Shown: positions 13,755 to 25,846 of the stretch, in pieces
How positions within the stretch are numbered: position 1 is the stretch's first letter
Layout: the number at the start of each line of letters is the position of its first letter
Assembly: GCF_006345805.1 (NCBI RefSeq)
Contig: NC_043002.1
Coordinates: 5,890,001-5,954,000 of the forward strand
DNA: 64,000 bases
Direction of reading: 5' to 3'
From: Octopus sinensis
Taxonomy: Eukaryota
Made by a program: the position numbers and the translations under genes
The notes under the pieces: model-generated
Database searches by the model: none
What the model was told of the DNA's origin: nothing
The model's input: the letters and a program-made list of their open reading frames with translations, nothing else

Positions 13755-14151
13755 TATTTATATATATATACATATGTATATATATGTAAATATATAATAT
13801 ATATATATACATGTATATATATAAATACATGTATATATACTGATGTATATGTATAGCTGTATATGTATAGATGTACTTCTATAGATATACATGTATATGT
13901 AAACATGTATGTCTAGATGTATATATAGATGTACATGTAATATGTACACATATATATATACACATATATACATGCATACATATATACACCCATACACACA
14001 TACCGATACACCCAGCCACCCACCCACCCACACAGGTGCAGGTGTGGCTGTGTGATAACAAACTTGGTTCCAAAACACTTTGTCCTCAGTTCAGTCCCAC
14101 TGTGTGGTAACTTGGCATGTGTCTTCTGTTTTAGCATCATACCAGTCAGAG

Positions 14152-14257
14152 CGACTGTACACAGCTACCAGCCCACAGTCGACGCTATAGCGACCAGAGC
14201 TCGCTCTGGGCGACAGTGGCCGACTGTACACAGCTACCAGCCCACAGTCGACGCTAT
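14152..14257. repeat. Perfect 37-bp direct repeat x2 separated by 32 nt
   Basis: CGACTGTACACAGCTACCAGCCCACAGTCGACGCTAT at 14152-14188 and 14221-14257. Confidence 0.95.
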
Positions 14258-14740
14258 GGCATTGGCGTCACTATTACACACGGGTTGGGTTGGGTTGGGT
14301 TGGGTTCTGAAGGAGAGGAAAGAAAGAATTTCAATTATATATATAGAGAGAACTATAGCATTAAGGCAGCATAAAAAACAACCCTTCCTCAATTGTTGGC
14401 AGATTTACCTACTCCGCATTGCGAGCAGTGGAGCAAGATGCGTCTTCGTCAAAGCAATTGCTCCTGCAAAGCAAATTAAATAAAATTTGAGATACGTGGA
14501 ACGTCAAAGCTGCTAACAAAAACAGGACAGTGAAAACATTCGGTAAGGGCTGTTTAACCCTAACGAGGTGAAGTGGTGAACGCTGGAGAAAAAAAAAAAC
14601 TTTGTCAAGAGACAGACAAGAATGCGTGTTATAGTTATAAACACGCATTTAGAAATAGAGATCTATAATTATTGAGGACAGAATTTCAGTTAGAAATAGA
14701 GAACTATAAATATTGTATTATGCATAAAGTGGTGGCTTAC

Positions 14741-14881
14741 ATTCGGGGCTTCCAATTTCTCTGTAAAATATAAGATAGTCGCAAAATCATCGCACATGTC
14801 ACCATCGATTACAAACACCGGTGGAAGTTCCAGAGGACATTCTTGTTCTTTCGTTTGTACAAGGATCGTATTATGTTTCGG
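14741..14881 (-). CDS. Candidate internal exon, unknown protein (47 codons)
   Basis: TTTATTTTAAG acceptor, GTAAGC donor, 141 nt phase 0/0, one open frame: PKHNTILVQTKEQECPLELPPVFVIDGDMCDDFATILYFTEKLEAPN; no family recognised. Confidence 0.35.
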
Positions 14882-15185
14882 CTTAAAATAAATTATAGAT
14901 ACAAATATAATGAATAGAAATATATAAAAACCACAATAGAAAATAAACGTCTTCGGCATATAAAATGAGATAACATGAGATATCAAGGTGTTATAAACTT
15001 GAAACCTACTAGAATATCATAGATTATATATATCAAGTCATCCAATCAGTTCTGTCTAATTTTACCTCTCTTTTTTAGATTTGAATGAAATTTAATAGTA
15101 TTTTCAAATGTCTAATTCAATTAAAAATTATTTTTATGCATTTGTGTACGTTTAAACTAATTCAATATTGTTTTACAAAATAATA

Positions 15186-16510
15186 GAGGGTGTCCACAAA
15201 GTCTGCGTACATGAGGATTAACACATACTTTTAAAACAAACCAATTTTATTTAATTATAATGTTAATAACTAATATTTTCAAAGTGATTTCCATCATTTT
15301 TCAATGCATAACTTGATGCGCCATGTAAAATTCAGGTGAACTTGATTAAAGAAGTCTACATTACCATCAATTGCAGCACACTGACTGGTAACGCGTTCTC
15401 TCATGTGTTTTCAATCTGTAATCTTTATTGTAATCTTTCTCTTTCAACATACCCCAGAAAAAGAAATCAAGGGGAGAAAGGTCTGGTGAACGAGGGGACC
15501 TTTCCATATGAGCCCTTCTTCCAATCCAGTGAGGAAAAGTGTCATTAAGCCAATCTCTAACAGTTGTGGCAAAATGGGTAGGGGCCCCATCCTGCTGAAA
15601 CCAATTCGGAAGGCCCTCGCCTAGGCGCTCAATTTGAGATATTAATTTGTCTCTCAATATGTTTACATAAGTCTTATCCGTTACATGTTCAATGAAGAAG
15701 GGTCCTAGAACATGAGCTTTCCACAACCACACCATCACCTTTTTGCTGCCTTGCTGTTTGGATGGATCCATCCAATGTGGATTACCTCGAGACCAGTATA
15801 GAAGATTCTGTCTGTTGACCTCACCATTTACATAAAACGTAGTTTTATCACTGAACAACACAAAGTTTTTCGTAAAATTGATATTTTCATCCAATTTATT
15901 TGAAAACCATTCGCACGTCTACATTCGTCTATCAGGGTCGTCTTCATTTAAGTGATGCAATATCTGTAGGTTGTATCGATGAAACTTTTCCTCAACCAGC
16001 ATTTTGTGGATGGTTGGTTTTGGAACACCTAACACCGTGGATGTCCAACGAAGTGATTTCTTTGGGCTAGCAGAAACTTTAGCCATGTCAGCCTCTTTCG
16101 TTTCATCTGAAGTCTTTGGTCGCCCGGAACGGGGTTTATCCAAAACACTGCCTGTTTCTTTAAATTTCTTGATCAATTTCCCGACGGCAGTAAAAAAAAA
16201 TAGGTTACCTATAAGGGTGTCGAAGATTAAATTCTTCCGCAATTTTGCGATAAGACCATCCCTCTCGTTCACTTAATAATACTAACTCGATTCTTTCTTC
16301 TTTAGACAGATCCATCATTCGATCTGGGATTCTTTCTTCTTTAGACAGAGCCATCATTCGATCATCTGTAGAAAAAATAACAAATAAATTTAGAAAAGTA
16401 AAGTTTTTTTTTATTTAATTTAAACAAAAGTAAAAAAAAAAAATTATTATTTCTTATATTTATTTATGTTATGATTTTATTCCATGTACCCAGACTTCGT
16501 GGACACCCTA
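15186..16510 (-). mobile_element. Tc1/mariner superfamily transposon, rosa (DD41D)-type, decayed, both TIRs present
   Basis: TIRs (A)GGGTGTCCAC(A/G)AAGTCTG(C/G)GTACATG at both ends; peptides KFKETGSV.DKPRSGRP, FSDKTTF, WFQQDGAPTH, SPRSPDLSPLDFFFWG; 40 residues between 2nd and 3rd Asp. Confidence 0.9.
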
Positions 16511-16527
16511 GAATTGCTTTGATTAAA

Positions 16528-16735
16528 ACCCTTTCAACATGGAAGTATCCAAGGAGCATTTAAGGCACATATAATTCTTTATGAGTACAATAAAGGTAAC
16601 TCTGCAGCCGAAGTGACTCGAAACATACACTCAGTTTATGGGAAAGTGCTTGAATGAAAGAACTTGCAGGAGATCGTTTGCAAAATTGAAGATGAAGATC
16701 GAATAGGATGTCCAGTTGAGTTTGATGATAAGCAC
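16528..16735 (+). mobile_element. Mariner transposase N-terminal fragment
   Basis: ATGGAAGTATCCAAGGAGCATTTAAGGCAC gives MEVSKEHLRH..YEYNKGNSAAEVTRNIHSVYG; ends near EDEDR.GCPVEFDD. Confidence 0.75.
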
Positions 16736-17565
16736 CCACAATTTTATTTTATCTAAGCAAAAACGAATACAGTTGTGCTCTTGGAAGCTGTAGGGTTACC
16801 CGAGCATAAAAGTTGGGCATTATTTCTAATTCAATGGTACAACAGTGTAACAGTTTGCTTTGACATACACTTACATTTTGATTTCTGCAATGTGGTGCAT
16901 AAATTGTTAAGTAAATGAGAGACATCTTTATCTCCACTGATTCAGTTGCAAAGTGTTGAGTAAAGTTATTTGATTGCAGACCTCCTTTCAGTCTTTTTAT
17001 TATCACTCGGTCACACATAGTCCCCAGATGGTAACATTGATTACAAGGCCTTTCCAGATGAGTGAATGGTTATTCAAAGACATTTATAGATTTTAAATTC
17101 ATTCTGTCCAGTTACGTATCAGTATAGTGGTCATTTGCAAACTCCAGAGGTAACACTTTAATTTCTCCTAAGCCCTCACGTCACAAAGTTGTTAATGTTG
17201 ATTTCAGTTGGATCACGCCCTTCCAATTGCTATAGATTCATAATGCATCTTACGGCTGTGCCTGTCACCTGGATTGTGAGGAATCCTACGTTGGGAGTGG
17301 TAACGACTAGGGAAGGGTAACTGACTGCTTATTGTGATCATTCGTCTTTTGGTCTTGTGGCACGATTACAATTTTTTAGGGTGTGTAAAGAGGGAAATAA
17401 CCCTCATCTGCAATTTTGATGAAATTCCAAACAAAGATATCCCAGTTCATACAGAAAATATAACAGAAAAGTCTAATTCTTCAACTGAATGTAACCGGGC
17501 AACGCCGGGTATCTCTGCTAGTATATATATATATTTGTAAATAGTAAGGGAATCATTGTTATTGT

Positions 17566-17637
<72 letters not shown>

Positions 17638-18487
17638 TACATACATACATGCATATATATATATATATATGTATGTATGTATGTAAGTATGTATGTATGT
17701 ATGTATATATATATATATTATATATATATATAAAAGTTAGCATATATATATACGTTGATAACATCGTCATCATCCAGTGTTTTAAATCCGGATCTACCTC
17801 AATGCCATAGCAACCTAGGTAGAAAGGTGCAGTCCACTCCAACCTTTGGGCTGGCTGGTGTCCATTCTTCTTTGCTACCATGAAACTTTTTGGGAGCTTG
17901 ATTTTCTACAGGGAGCATGTCCTTGTTTACCCCCAACCTCGGTTTCTAGACATGAGTGATCCTGTGACCAAGGCCTCCACCACGATTTTTAAGAAATGTG
18001 GTGGAAAACTAGCTCAGGAAGGCAGGGACGCTACTCCCTGAGACTCCTTCGTAGTCCCCTACCTACCTACCTACCTACCTACCTACCCACCTACCTACCT
18101 ACCTACCTACCTACCTACCTACCTACCTACATACATACATACCTATCTACCTATATATATATACACACATATTATAAAAAGGGTTGAATGAGGATTCGTC
18201 CTTTAATTGGAGTAGTTTCCAAAAGATCTCTAACGTTGATCCCTCATACTGAACTTTGTATTTACTGGAGTAAAATGGTGTAAATTAGATGTTAATATGG
18301 GATTAAATATTTATTCAATTCGCTAAAAGATCGTTTCGCACAGAATGACAATAAGTTCATTTTAAGAATCAGAGTTGTCAAAGAGTACTTATCTGTAGTA
18401 CAATAAGAAAAAAATAAGAACTTAATAAAGAAAAAGGTAGACTTAAGAATTACACGGGTATTGTGTTCTTACAAATTTTTAATGGGA

Positions 18488-18558
18488 AGTTGTTCTAGGA
18501 GTCATGTCTATTTAAAACACGAGTCGTGTTTTGAATAGACATGACTCCTAGAACAACT
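18488..18558. repeat. 71-nt near-perfect hairpin
   Basis: 35-bp arms, one T/G mismatch, 1-nt centre. Confidence 0.9.
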
Positions 18559-20819
18559 ATACATGTCAATCCATGGAATAAACTACATCCTGATTTTTTT
18601 TTATTCACCATAAAGGTTATACATAGAATTGGACAGCACATCCGGGGAACTTAAAATAACAAAAGCGAATGACAAGACAAGAAAAAATAAAATTAATAAT
18701 GAATCATGAATAGATAATTACAAATGAGGTGTAAATGTCCACTCGATCCCCGGAATCGAGAGGTTACATTTTCGTCAGTTTTTTTCCACAGTACAATATA
18801 TTTCACCGAATTTCTAAATATATTTTCAGAATATTTTTCATAAAATTCCAGCAAACAGAGTTTCAAAAATACCTATTTCAACATTTTAAAATACATTTTC
18901 AAAAATTTCGAATATACGTATTCCAAAACTTCAACAAACATTTTACAGAGGTTCAAAAATTACTTTTCTCAAATCAAATATGGAATAAACTACATCCTCT
19001 AAAAGTTTTTCTAAAAAATCTGTCTTGCTAAGGACGTCTAATAATTTTGGAACGTGTCAGTAGTTGTTACTATATTCATCAAAGATCAGAATCAATTTCT
19101 TCATTAGTCTTTGTTTTCCTGAGGAGGTGTAATAAATTTGAAACGTTCTAGGAGTTGTCATTGTATGCACCAAAGATCAAACTAAATTTTTACTGTTTTT
19201 TTTTTCTTCATTTCAGTTTTAATTAATTTAAATCTCGGAGTTCTCCGCTTTGGCATAAATATTGTCATCAGTACTTTTCTTCTCATTTTAAAGTATGTTA
19301 GCCCATACTTAATTACATGTATGAGAACTGAATAAAATTTTTTAGATGCTTAACTGTAATGTTTTGTGGTTTAGTAAGTATTATGAGAAGTGTATCTTAA
19401 GCTTCACTCATTAGTAATGGAGTGAATTAATAAGAAGTTTGTGTTTTAGCTTATTAGTGTTAATTAATTGATAAACTTATTTAATCTCTTCTAATTCATA
19501 AGTTTTGTAAATTAATAATGTTCAATGTCTTAGTACAAGTTGATAATTTTAATGTTACATGGTCACGACAAGCATCTATGTTGGGATTGCTGGTAGTTGA
19601 GTAGTGGATTCAGATGTTTTAGTTCTTCTCCACTGGGTACAAAGAACCCAGGATGTAGAAGGAACTAACAAATAAGTTGTGATTTAAATAGATTTTCTCA
19701 ACGACATCAGAGACAAAGGAAATGAATTTATTTAAAATCCCCTCGAAACTGCATTGTCCATTCTGCCCTTGCTTTACAACTTGAGAAATTTGAGTTCATA
19801 AAAGGTTAATGTAGCGTAGTTGCTTCGATTCGGAATCGAAACTGTATCATGGATTCACTTCAGCATAATTTTAAAGCTTATTTTATTCAAATTTATATCC
19901 TTGGTCTATTTGAGTTGTTTCCCTTTGCTCGTTCTATTTTTAAAGAAACTTTACTGGGAAAAAATTATTCGTATCTATTTTTTTTTTTTAGATATTAAGG
20001 TCTATAAACAACTATTATCAAACAAACGGGTAAGCCCCTTTATAATCCTCTTATTTGCCAAGAACAGCCACAAAACGGCAGAGGTTGATTTTGCCTTTCA
20101 TCCTTTAGAGATCGATAAAATAAGTACCAGTTGAGCAGCACTGGGGTCGGTGTAAACGACTTACCCCTCCCCCGAAGTTGCTGGCCTTGAGCCAAAATTC
20201 GAAACCTTTATTATCTCACAAACCAAAAATCATATTTTCCACCATGGCCCTCTTTTCTTTTAGACAGTAGGGTGAAATTTGAGAGAGATTTGTTTGCTAA
20301 GTCATGCAAGTTGAGCGACCGCGTAGAGGTTCTCTTGTTAACTTGTTCGGCAGTGTGTGAATAGATCAAAAGTAAATGGACTTCTATCGGTTTCAACACT
20401 GACCATTCCAGTTGTTCCTTGAACTGAACTACCCACTTATCACAGTAGATGAGTATTCCACACAAATGTGTATCTTTAATATAATCCTCAGACAGAACCA
20501 GCGTGATATGATATGGGATAAGGCTGTCCATTTTGAATTACAAGTAGAATTTACCCTTCAGATTCCTTCACAGTTTCCATCTGTACAATTTCGTATATAA
20601 GGCATGGATTAAGCTGAAGTTATGGTAAACACTCTCACTTACAGGCACAGGCGTTACTATGTGGCAAGAAGTTTGCTTCTTAACACATAGTTCCGGGTTC
20701 AATTCTACTGTGTAGGACCTTGGGTGCCTTCTTTTATAGCCTCGGGTCGACCAAAGGGTTGTGATTAGATTTGGTTGACCGAAAATGAAAAATGTCCGTC
20801 GTATATTTTATATATATAT

Positions 20820-20995
20820 ATATTAGAAGAAATGAGGTACTCAGAAGATCGGATGGTTTATATTTACAGATATTTATTTATATATTACATTTTTTATATA
20901 TATATCATATCACTTAGATTATTAGCGCTTTCTCCCATTCTAGTGGGGATTTGAAAACCCCACTAGAATGGGAGAAAGCGCTAAAGATCTAAGTG
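20820..20995. mobile_element. Internally deleted copy of the 10476 foldback element
   Basis: Same left end TATATTAGAAGAAATGAGGTACTCAGAA; residual hairpin TAGCGCTTTCTCCCATTCTAGTGGGG/CCCCACTAGAATGGGAGAAAGCGCTA. Confidence 0.85.
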
Positions 20996-21113
20996 ATCAC
21001 AACCTCACGATCGTAAGCTCGACGCTCTAACCACTGAGCCATACGCCTTCACACACACACACACACAGACACAGACACACATACATACATATCTATCTAT
21101 CTATCTATCTATC

Positions 21114-21293
21114 TATTTTTTTATTGCCCACAAGGGGCTAAACATAGAGGGGACAAACAAGGACAGACAAAGGGATTAAGTCGATTACATCGACCCCAGT
21201 GCGAAACTGGTACTTTATTTATCGACCCCGAAAGGATGAAAGGCAAAGGCGACCTCGGCGGAATTTGAACTCCGCTGAGGTCGACTTTGCCTT
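21114..21293 (-). mobile_element. SINE family B, truncated, ending in a short inverted segment
   Basis: Family B tail and body on minus strand, then 23 nt of the body in opposite orientation. Confidence 0.8.
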
Positions 21294-21361
<68 letters not shown>

Positions 21362-22129
21362 CTTCGTGTGTCTTCGTGTCTGTGTTTGTCCACCACCACC
21401 ACCACCACCACCACGGAAAAGGTTGCATGTAGCAATAAGAGAGTGTTGGCAAATAAAAACAATTGTTTAACCAAATTAAACGAGCAATCGATTAGTTAGT
21501 TGGATCTGTAACCAAGTAACTAATTATATAGGAGTGGAATTTGAACTTGTGCGTGTGGTAATAATATTGGGATAATGACCCTCCCGTGACACAACAAAAC
21601 TGTGTAGAAGCCAATCAGATCGATTTTACTTGTCATATGTTGTGCTATACCGATTGTTTGAGAATTACATAAATGGGTACATACGTCTGTGGAATACTCA
21701 GCCACTTGTTAATTTGATGAAACAGCTCAGCTGATTAAACAACTAAATACTTATTGCTGAAACGACAGTGGAGTTTGAACTCAGGACCCAAATAGCCGAA
21801 ACAAATACCGCACAGTATCCAGACAGACGCTCCTACAGTTCCGCAAATGCTCCGTCCTGGATTGTTACTATTTTTTTTTTAAAGGTCCCCGAAAGGATGA
21901 AAGACAAAGTTGACCTCACCGGTATTTGAACTTAGAGTGCAGAGAATCAGAACAAATACACCGAGACATTATATCCGATGCTCGAACATCTCTGCCAATT
22001 CACCGTCCAATACGACCGACTGCATTCGCTCTTAAAAATTTTTAATCGTGTGTTTAAATTAGAAATCATTATTAACGAGGCCAGTGTATTGGGGGAATCG
22101 GTAGAGTGTCTGACTTACGGTATTTAATT

Positions 22130-22605
22130 AAGGCGGTGAGCTGGCAGAATCGTTAGCATGCCAGGCGAGATGCTTTGCGGTATTTCGTCTGCCGCTACGT
22201 TCCGAGTTCAAATTCCGCCGCGGTCGACTTTGCCTTTCATCCTTTCGGGGTCGATTAAATAAGTACCATTTACGCACTGGGGTCGATGTAATCGACTTAA
22301 TCCGTTTGTCTGTCCTTGTTTGTCCCCTCTATGTTTAGCCCCTTGTGGGTAATAAAGAAATTGGTATTTAATTAAGGCGGCGAGCTGGCAGAATCGTTTG
22401 CACGCCAGGCGAAATGCTTTGCGGTATTTCGTCTGCCGTTACGTTCCAAGTTCAAATTCCGCCGCAGTCGACTTTGCCTTTCATCCTTTGGGGGTACCAG
22501 TTACGCACTGGGGTCAATGCAATCGACTTAATCCGTTTGTCTGTCCTTGTTTGTCCCTTCTATGTTTAGCCCCTTGTGGGTAGTAAAGAAATAGGTATTT
22601 AATTA
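22130..22605 (+). mobile_element. Tandem pair of SINE family B with a 12-bp site repeated three times
   Basis: GGTATTTAATTA at 22119, 22363, 22594. Confidence 0.9.
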
Positions 22606-23459
22606 CAGTTATGAGGTCATATCCTGCATCGGGTTAGCTATCTTTAGTCTTCTGGGGATCGATACCAGTCAGATACTAGGGATTGGTTTAAGCGATTATA
22701 ATCTCCCCCAATCAACTGTCGATTTTTAAAAAGATTTGCCGATTGCCTATGAAAAGTCATTAATTAGTATTATAATTATTATTAGTAGTAGTATTAGTAT
22801 TTTAATGTCCGTGGAACGTTAAATAAGAAATTAGTCGAGTCAAATAATGAGTTTTTAATAATGTGGGAGGAACGGTTTCGGTTGTTGTTCTTCTTATTCT
22901 TAGTTTAATAACATTTATTTTTAGTTATATTTATTGTTGACTTATTTACAGTTAGTGTTCAGGGGGAGATAAAGAGACCAAATAAATAAATAAATAAAAG
23001 TGGGAAGGAAAGACTGTATGAGAGGCCCCCCCGTTTGAATTCTGTAGGCGGGGTTAGCGAATTCTCTCGTTCACTGACCCCAGTAACCTGTTTAGTTTTG
23101 TTTCCATGCACACTTAACCCAATCAAACGACCTCCATTTCTGTAGATGCACACTAGCATCGACTGCTGTTACAAGTCCTTCTCTCTTTCCGTGAGTTAAT
23201 CACTAATTGCCTTGCAGATTCTAATTAAATGTCTATGATCACTCATAGATGTTATTGCATTAATATTTCATAATACGTCTACTTCCCTCCAATTGAACGC
23301 TTCCCTGCTCTTTATTTAGCTTAAAAGCTAAAACTAGAACCAAAGCCATCTCGACTCTTTACCCCCCACCTCTCTCTCTCGTTCTTTCTTTCTTTCTTTC
23401 TTTCTTTCTCTCTGTCTTATGTTAATGGTAAGAACAGCAGTGGCAATGTGACGATGTGG

Positions 23460-24350
23460 CACACTCTTCTAGTACAGGCAGTACTGTGGAAGGTAGAGGC
23501 GGTGATGGCGGTGTCGGCGTTGCTGTGAAGATAGTATAATGGTAGTGGTGGTGCTGGTGGTGGTGGTGATGAGAGTAGTGAATGACTGTGGTGGTGGTGG
23601 TGGTGGCGGCGATAGTGTTGATAGGTTGTAATGGTGATTAAGGTAATGGTACTCGTAGTGTGGACGACAGCGATGGTGATGGCAGCCATGTTACTGCTGT
23701 TGTTGTTGTTGTTGTTGTGGTAGGCATTATATAGGTGATGGTGCTCCTGGTGGTGGGGATAGTGGTTGTGCGATGGTGGTGACGGCGGCGACGAGTCGGT
23801 TTGCAGTGGTGGTAGTTGTGTTGAAAAAGCGAAGATAACATTGGTTGGTAGCGACATATATATATATATATGTATATATGTATATAGATATATAGATAGA
23901 TGGATAAATAGATAGATAGAGAATTGGGGTAGGCAAGGTAAATGGGGTGAGAAGTGACAGACATGATGCTGGGGGGAGGGCGGGGAGCGGGGGGGGGCAA
24001 TGATAATCTTCAATTGACTGGACGTAGTCAGCACGCGAACTCTTCATGTCAAGTTCTGTAGATAGGAGTTATGGCGGGGGGCGTGTTTCTTCAAACGGCT
24101 TTTTCTGTGGTTTGTTGTTTTAGTTATTATTGTCGTTGCCGTTGCTGTCGTCGTCGTTGTTGTTGTTGTTGTCTGGGCGTTCTTGGCCAGCCCGTGTTAA
24201 ACACTGTTCACGTTATTGCGATGATGATGATGATGATGACGATAACGAAGATGACTATGATGATGATGATGATGGCATTCAAAGAAGGTATGTTAGCGGT
24301 GGCGGTGGTGGTGTTGGCGTTGGTGGCGGCGGTGGTGGTGGTGGTGGTGT
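23460..24350. repeat. GGT/GAT/GTT low-complexity tract
   Basis: Mixed triplet repeats; ORFs are compositional artefacts. Confidence 0.8.
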
Positions 24351-24822
24351 GCCAGTTTACTGCTGATTAAAGGATATTTCATTGTCAAACATCACGAATC
24401 GAAGATCTATCGTGCCAAATGACCCTAACATGTGTCCACTGAAGCCCGTACAAGCGTTGAAGAACAACAGATGATTAAGTTGGCTTCTTGATAGTGGAAA
24501 GAGAGTTTGATCGAAATAGAGAGTAAGGAGGAAGTGGGGCAGGAAGAACAGGTTTAGGTGGGCGCATGGTATGGTAGAGAGAAGGAACGGAAAGCATGTA
24601 GAAGCAGCCACGATATAAATGAAATACCAATTGTTTAAATTATTTGTTTCCTATTTTCAGCTTTTATTTGTGAAACAAAGAAAAATTATTCAATATTTTT
24701 ATATTTTTAAAGACATTGTTTTTTTTTTTTACTCCCTTCCTTTTTGTTACTCTTCTTCTTCTCTCCCACCTCTTCGCAATTCTTGTCAAATTTTCTGATT
24801 AGAATCTAAATTGTTAACTTAC

Positions 24823-24984
24823 ATCTCCAATTTCGATTGATGCTAGCGAATCGATGCGTGCCCCGATGTCATAAGTATCACCCTCCGCCTTTCTCTTATA
24901 CAATGAATAGCTTTCCGCATGCACGATTCGAAAATGTGGTCGAGCAGTCATATATTTATCTGGCGATGCACCAGCATATTTGGT
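24823..24984 (-). CDS. Candidate internal exon, unknown protein (54 codons)
   Basis: Consensus donor GAT|GTAAGT; only weak AAG acceptors; open frame TKYAGASPDKYMTARPHFRIVHAESYSLYKRKAEGDTYDIGARIDSLASIEIGD. Confidence 0.3.
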
Positions 24985-25791
24985 CTTTCTTTGAATGGAA
25001 CAGCATAGATGGGGCAGTGGTCGCATTGTTATTATTATTATTAATTACATTTTGTTCTTTAAAGCCACGGGTCACCACGAGCTGCCATATATCTCTATAG
25101 AATTGTAAAATAATTGACTAAGGTATAGAAAAATGAAATTAAACGAAATTTTATTGATAAAACTCGAGAGAAACGACCCCGTTTCGCTATGAGCCCCTCT
25201 AATCCTGAAGATAAAAATCGGATGATCAGCAGCAATTGTATTCCCTTAGTTCCAAATGGTTGGCCACCAAACTGGAATCCCTTGCTTATCAATATTAACC
25301 ATTTATCTACAATACTAATAGAAACGATTAGAATTCCCTGTGATAAATGACATGTTATGTAAAATAACAACAACACATGTTAAATATGGCGAATCATGTT
25401 TCGTATGTTCATTGATTTCATGCATTCAAAAATAGCGAATTATAAATATTTAGTCACATATGACTACATCAGACGACACAGAGTCCACTGCTATTTGTTT
25501 CAATAATTCACCCGCTACAATTTTTATCGTCTTTCTTTAAAAGTAAAATACATATTTAGTCATATAGATTAATTTGATATGTAAAGTTTGGACGCTCGAG
25601 TTAGTTGGTACATACGATGATAGAAAAAGCGATTAGATTATTTCATGAGAGAATAGATAACACATTTGGCGCTTAACGGTTGTGATTTCAGATCTCACCC
25701 AGATCGGCTATGAATTTCGTTCCCCTTACCCTGATAGCTTAAAGAAGAAAGAACAGTTTATATGAGAGTTCTAGACTGTTTTTCTTTTCAG

Positions 25792-25846
25792 GTAGAGGCC
25801 TTTCGGGTTTTATTTTTGCAACAACACCAACAGCACTTCAAGCATT
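25792..25846 (+). CDS. Candidate 55-nt internal exon, unknown protein
   Basis: Strong acceptor TGTTTTTCTTTTCAG, donor GTAAGC; phase 1/2 reading (G)RGLSGFIFATTPTALQA(L). Confidence 0.5.

Noticed and set aside
14152-14257. CRISPR array call
   Set aside because: Only two repeats, no cas genes or leader, eukaryotic context; kept only as a curiosity
14282-14306. (GGGTT)5 as telomere or G-quadruplex element
   Set aside because: Short simple repeat, not the TTAGGG unit; unremarkable in this microsatellite-rich window
14488-14540. TWNVK motif suggesting an RTE endonuclease start
   Set aside because: Too short and no downstream coding similarity
20211-20531. HLCGILIYCDKWVV resembling a trypsin N-terminus
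   Set aside because: No TAAHC motif and no convincing splice sites
23417-24370. 205-aa and neighbouring His/Pro/Thr-rich ORFs
   Set aside because: Built from GGT/GAT/GTT triplet repeats with no domain signal
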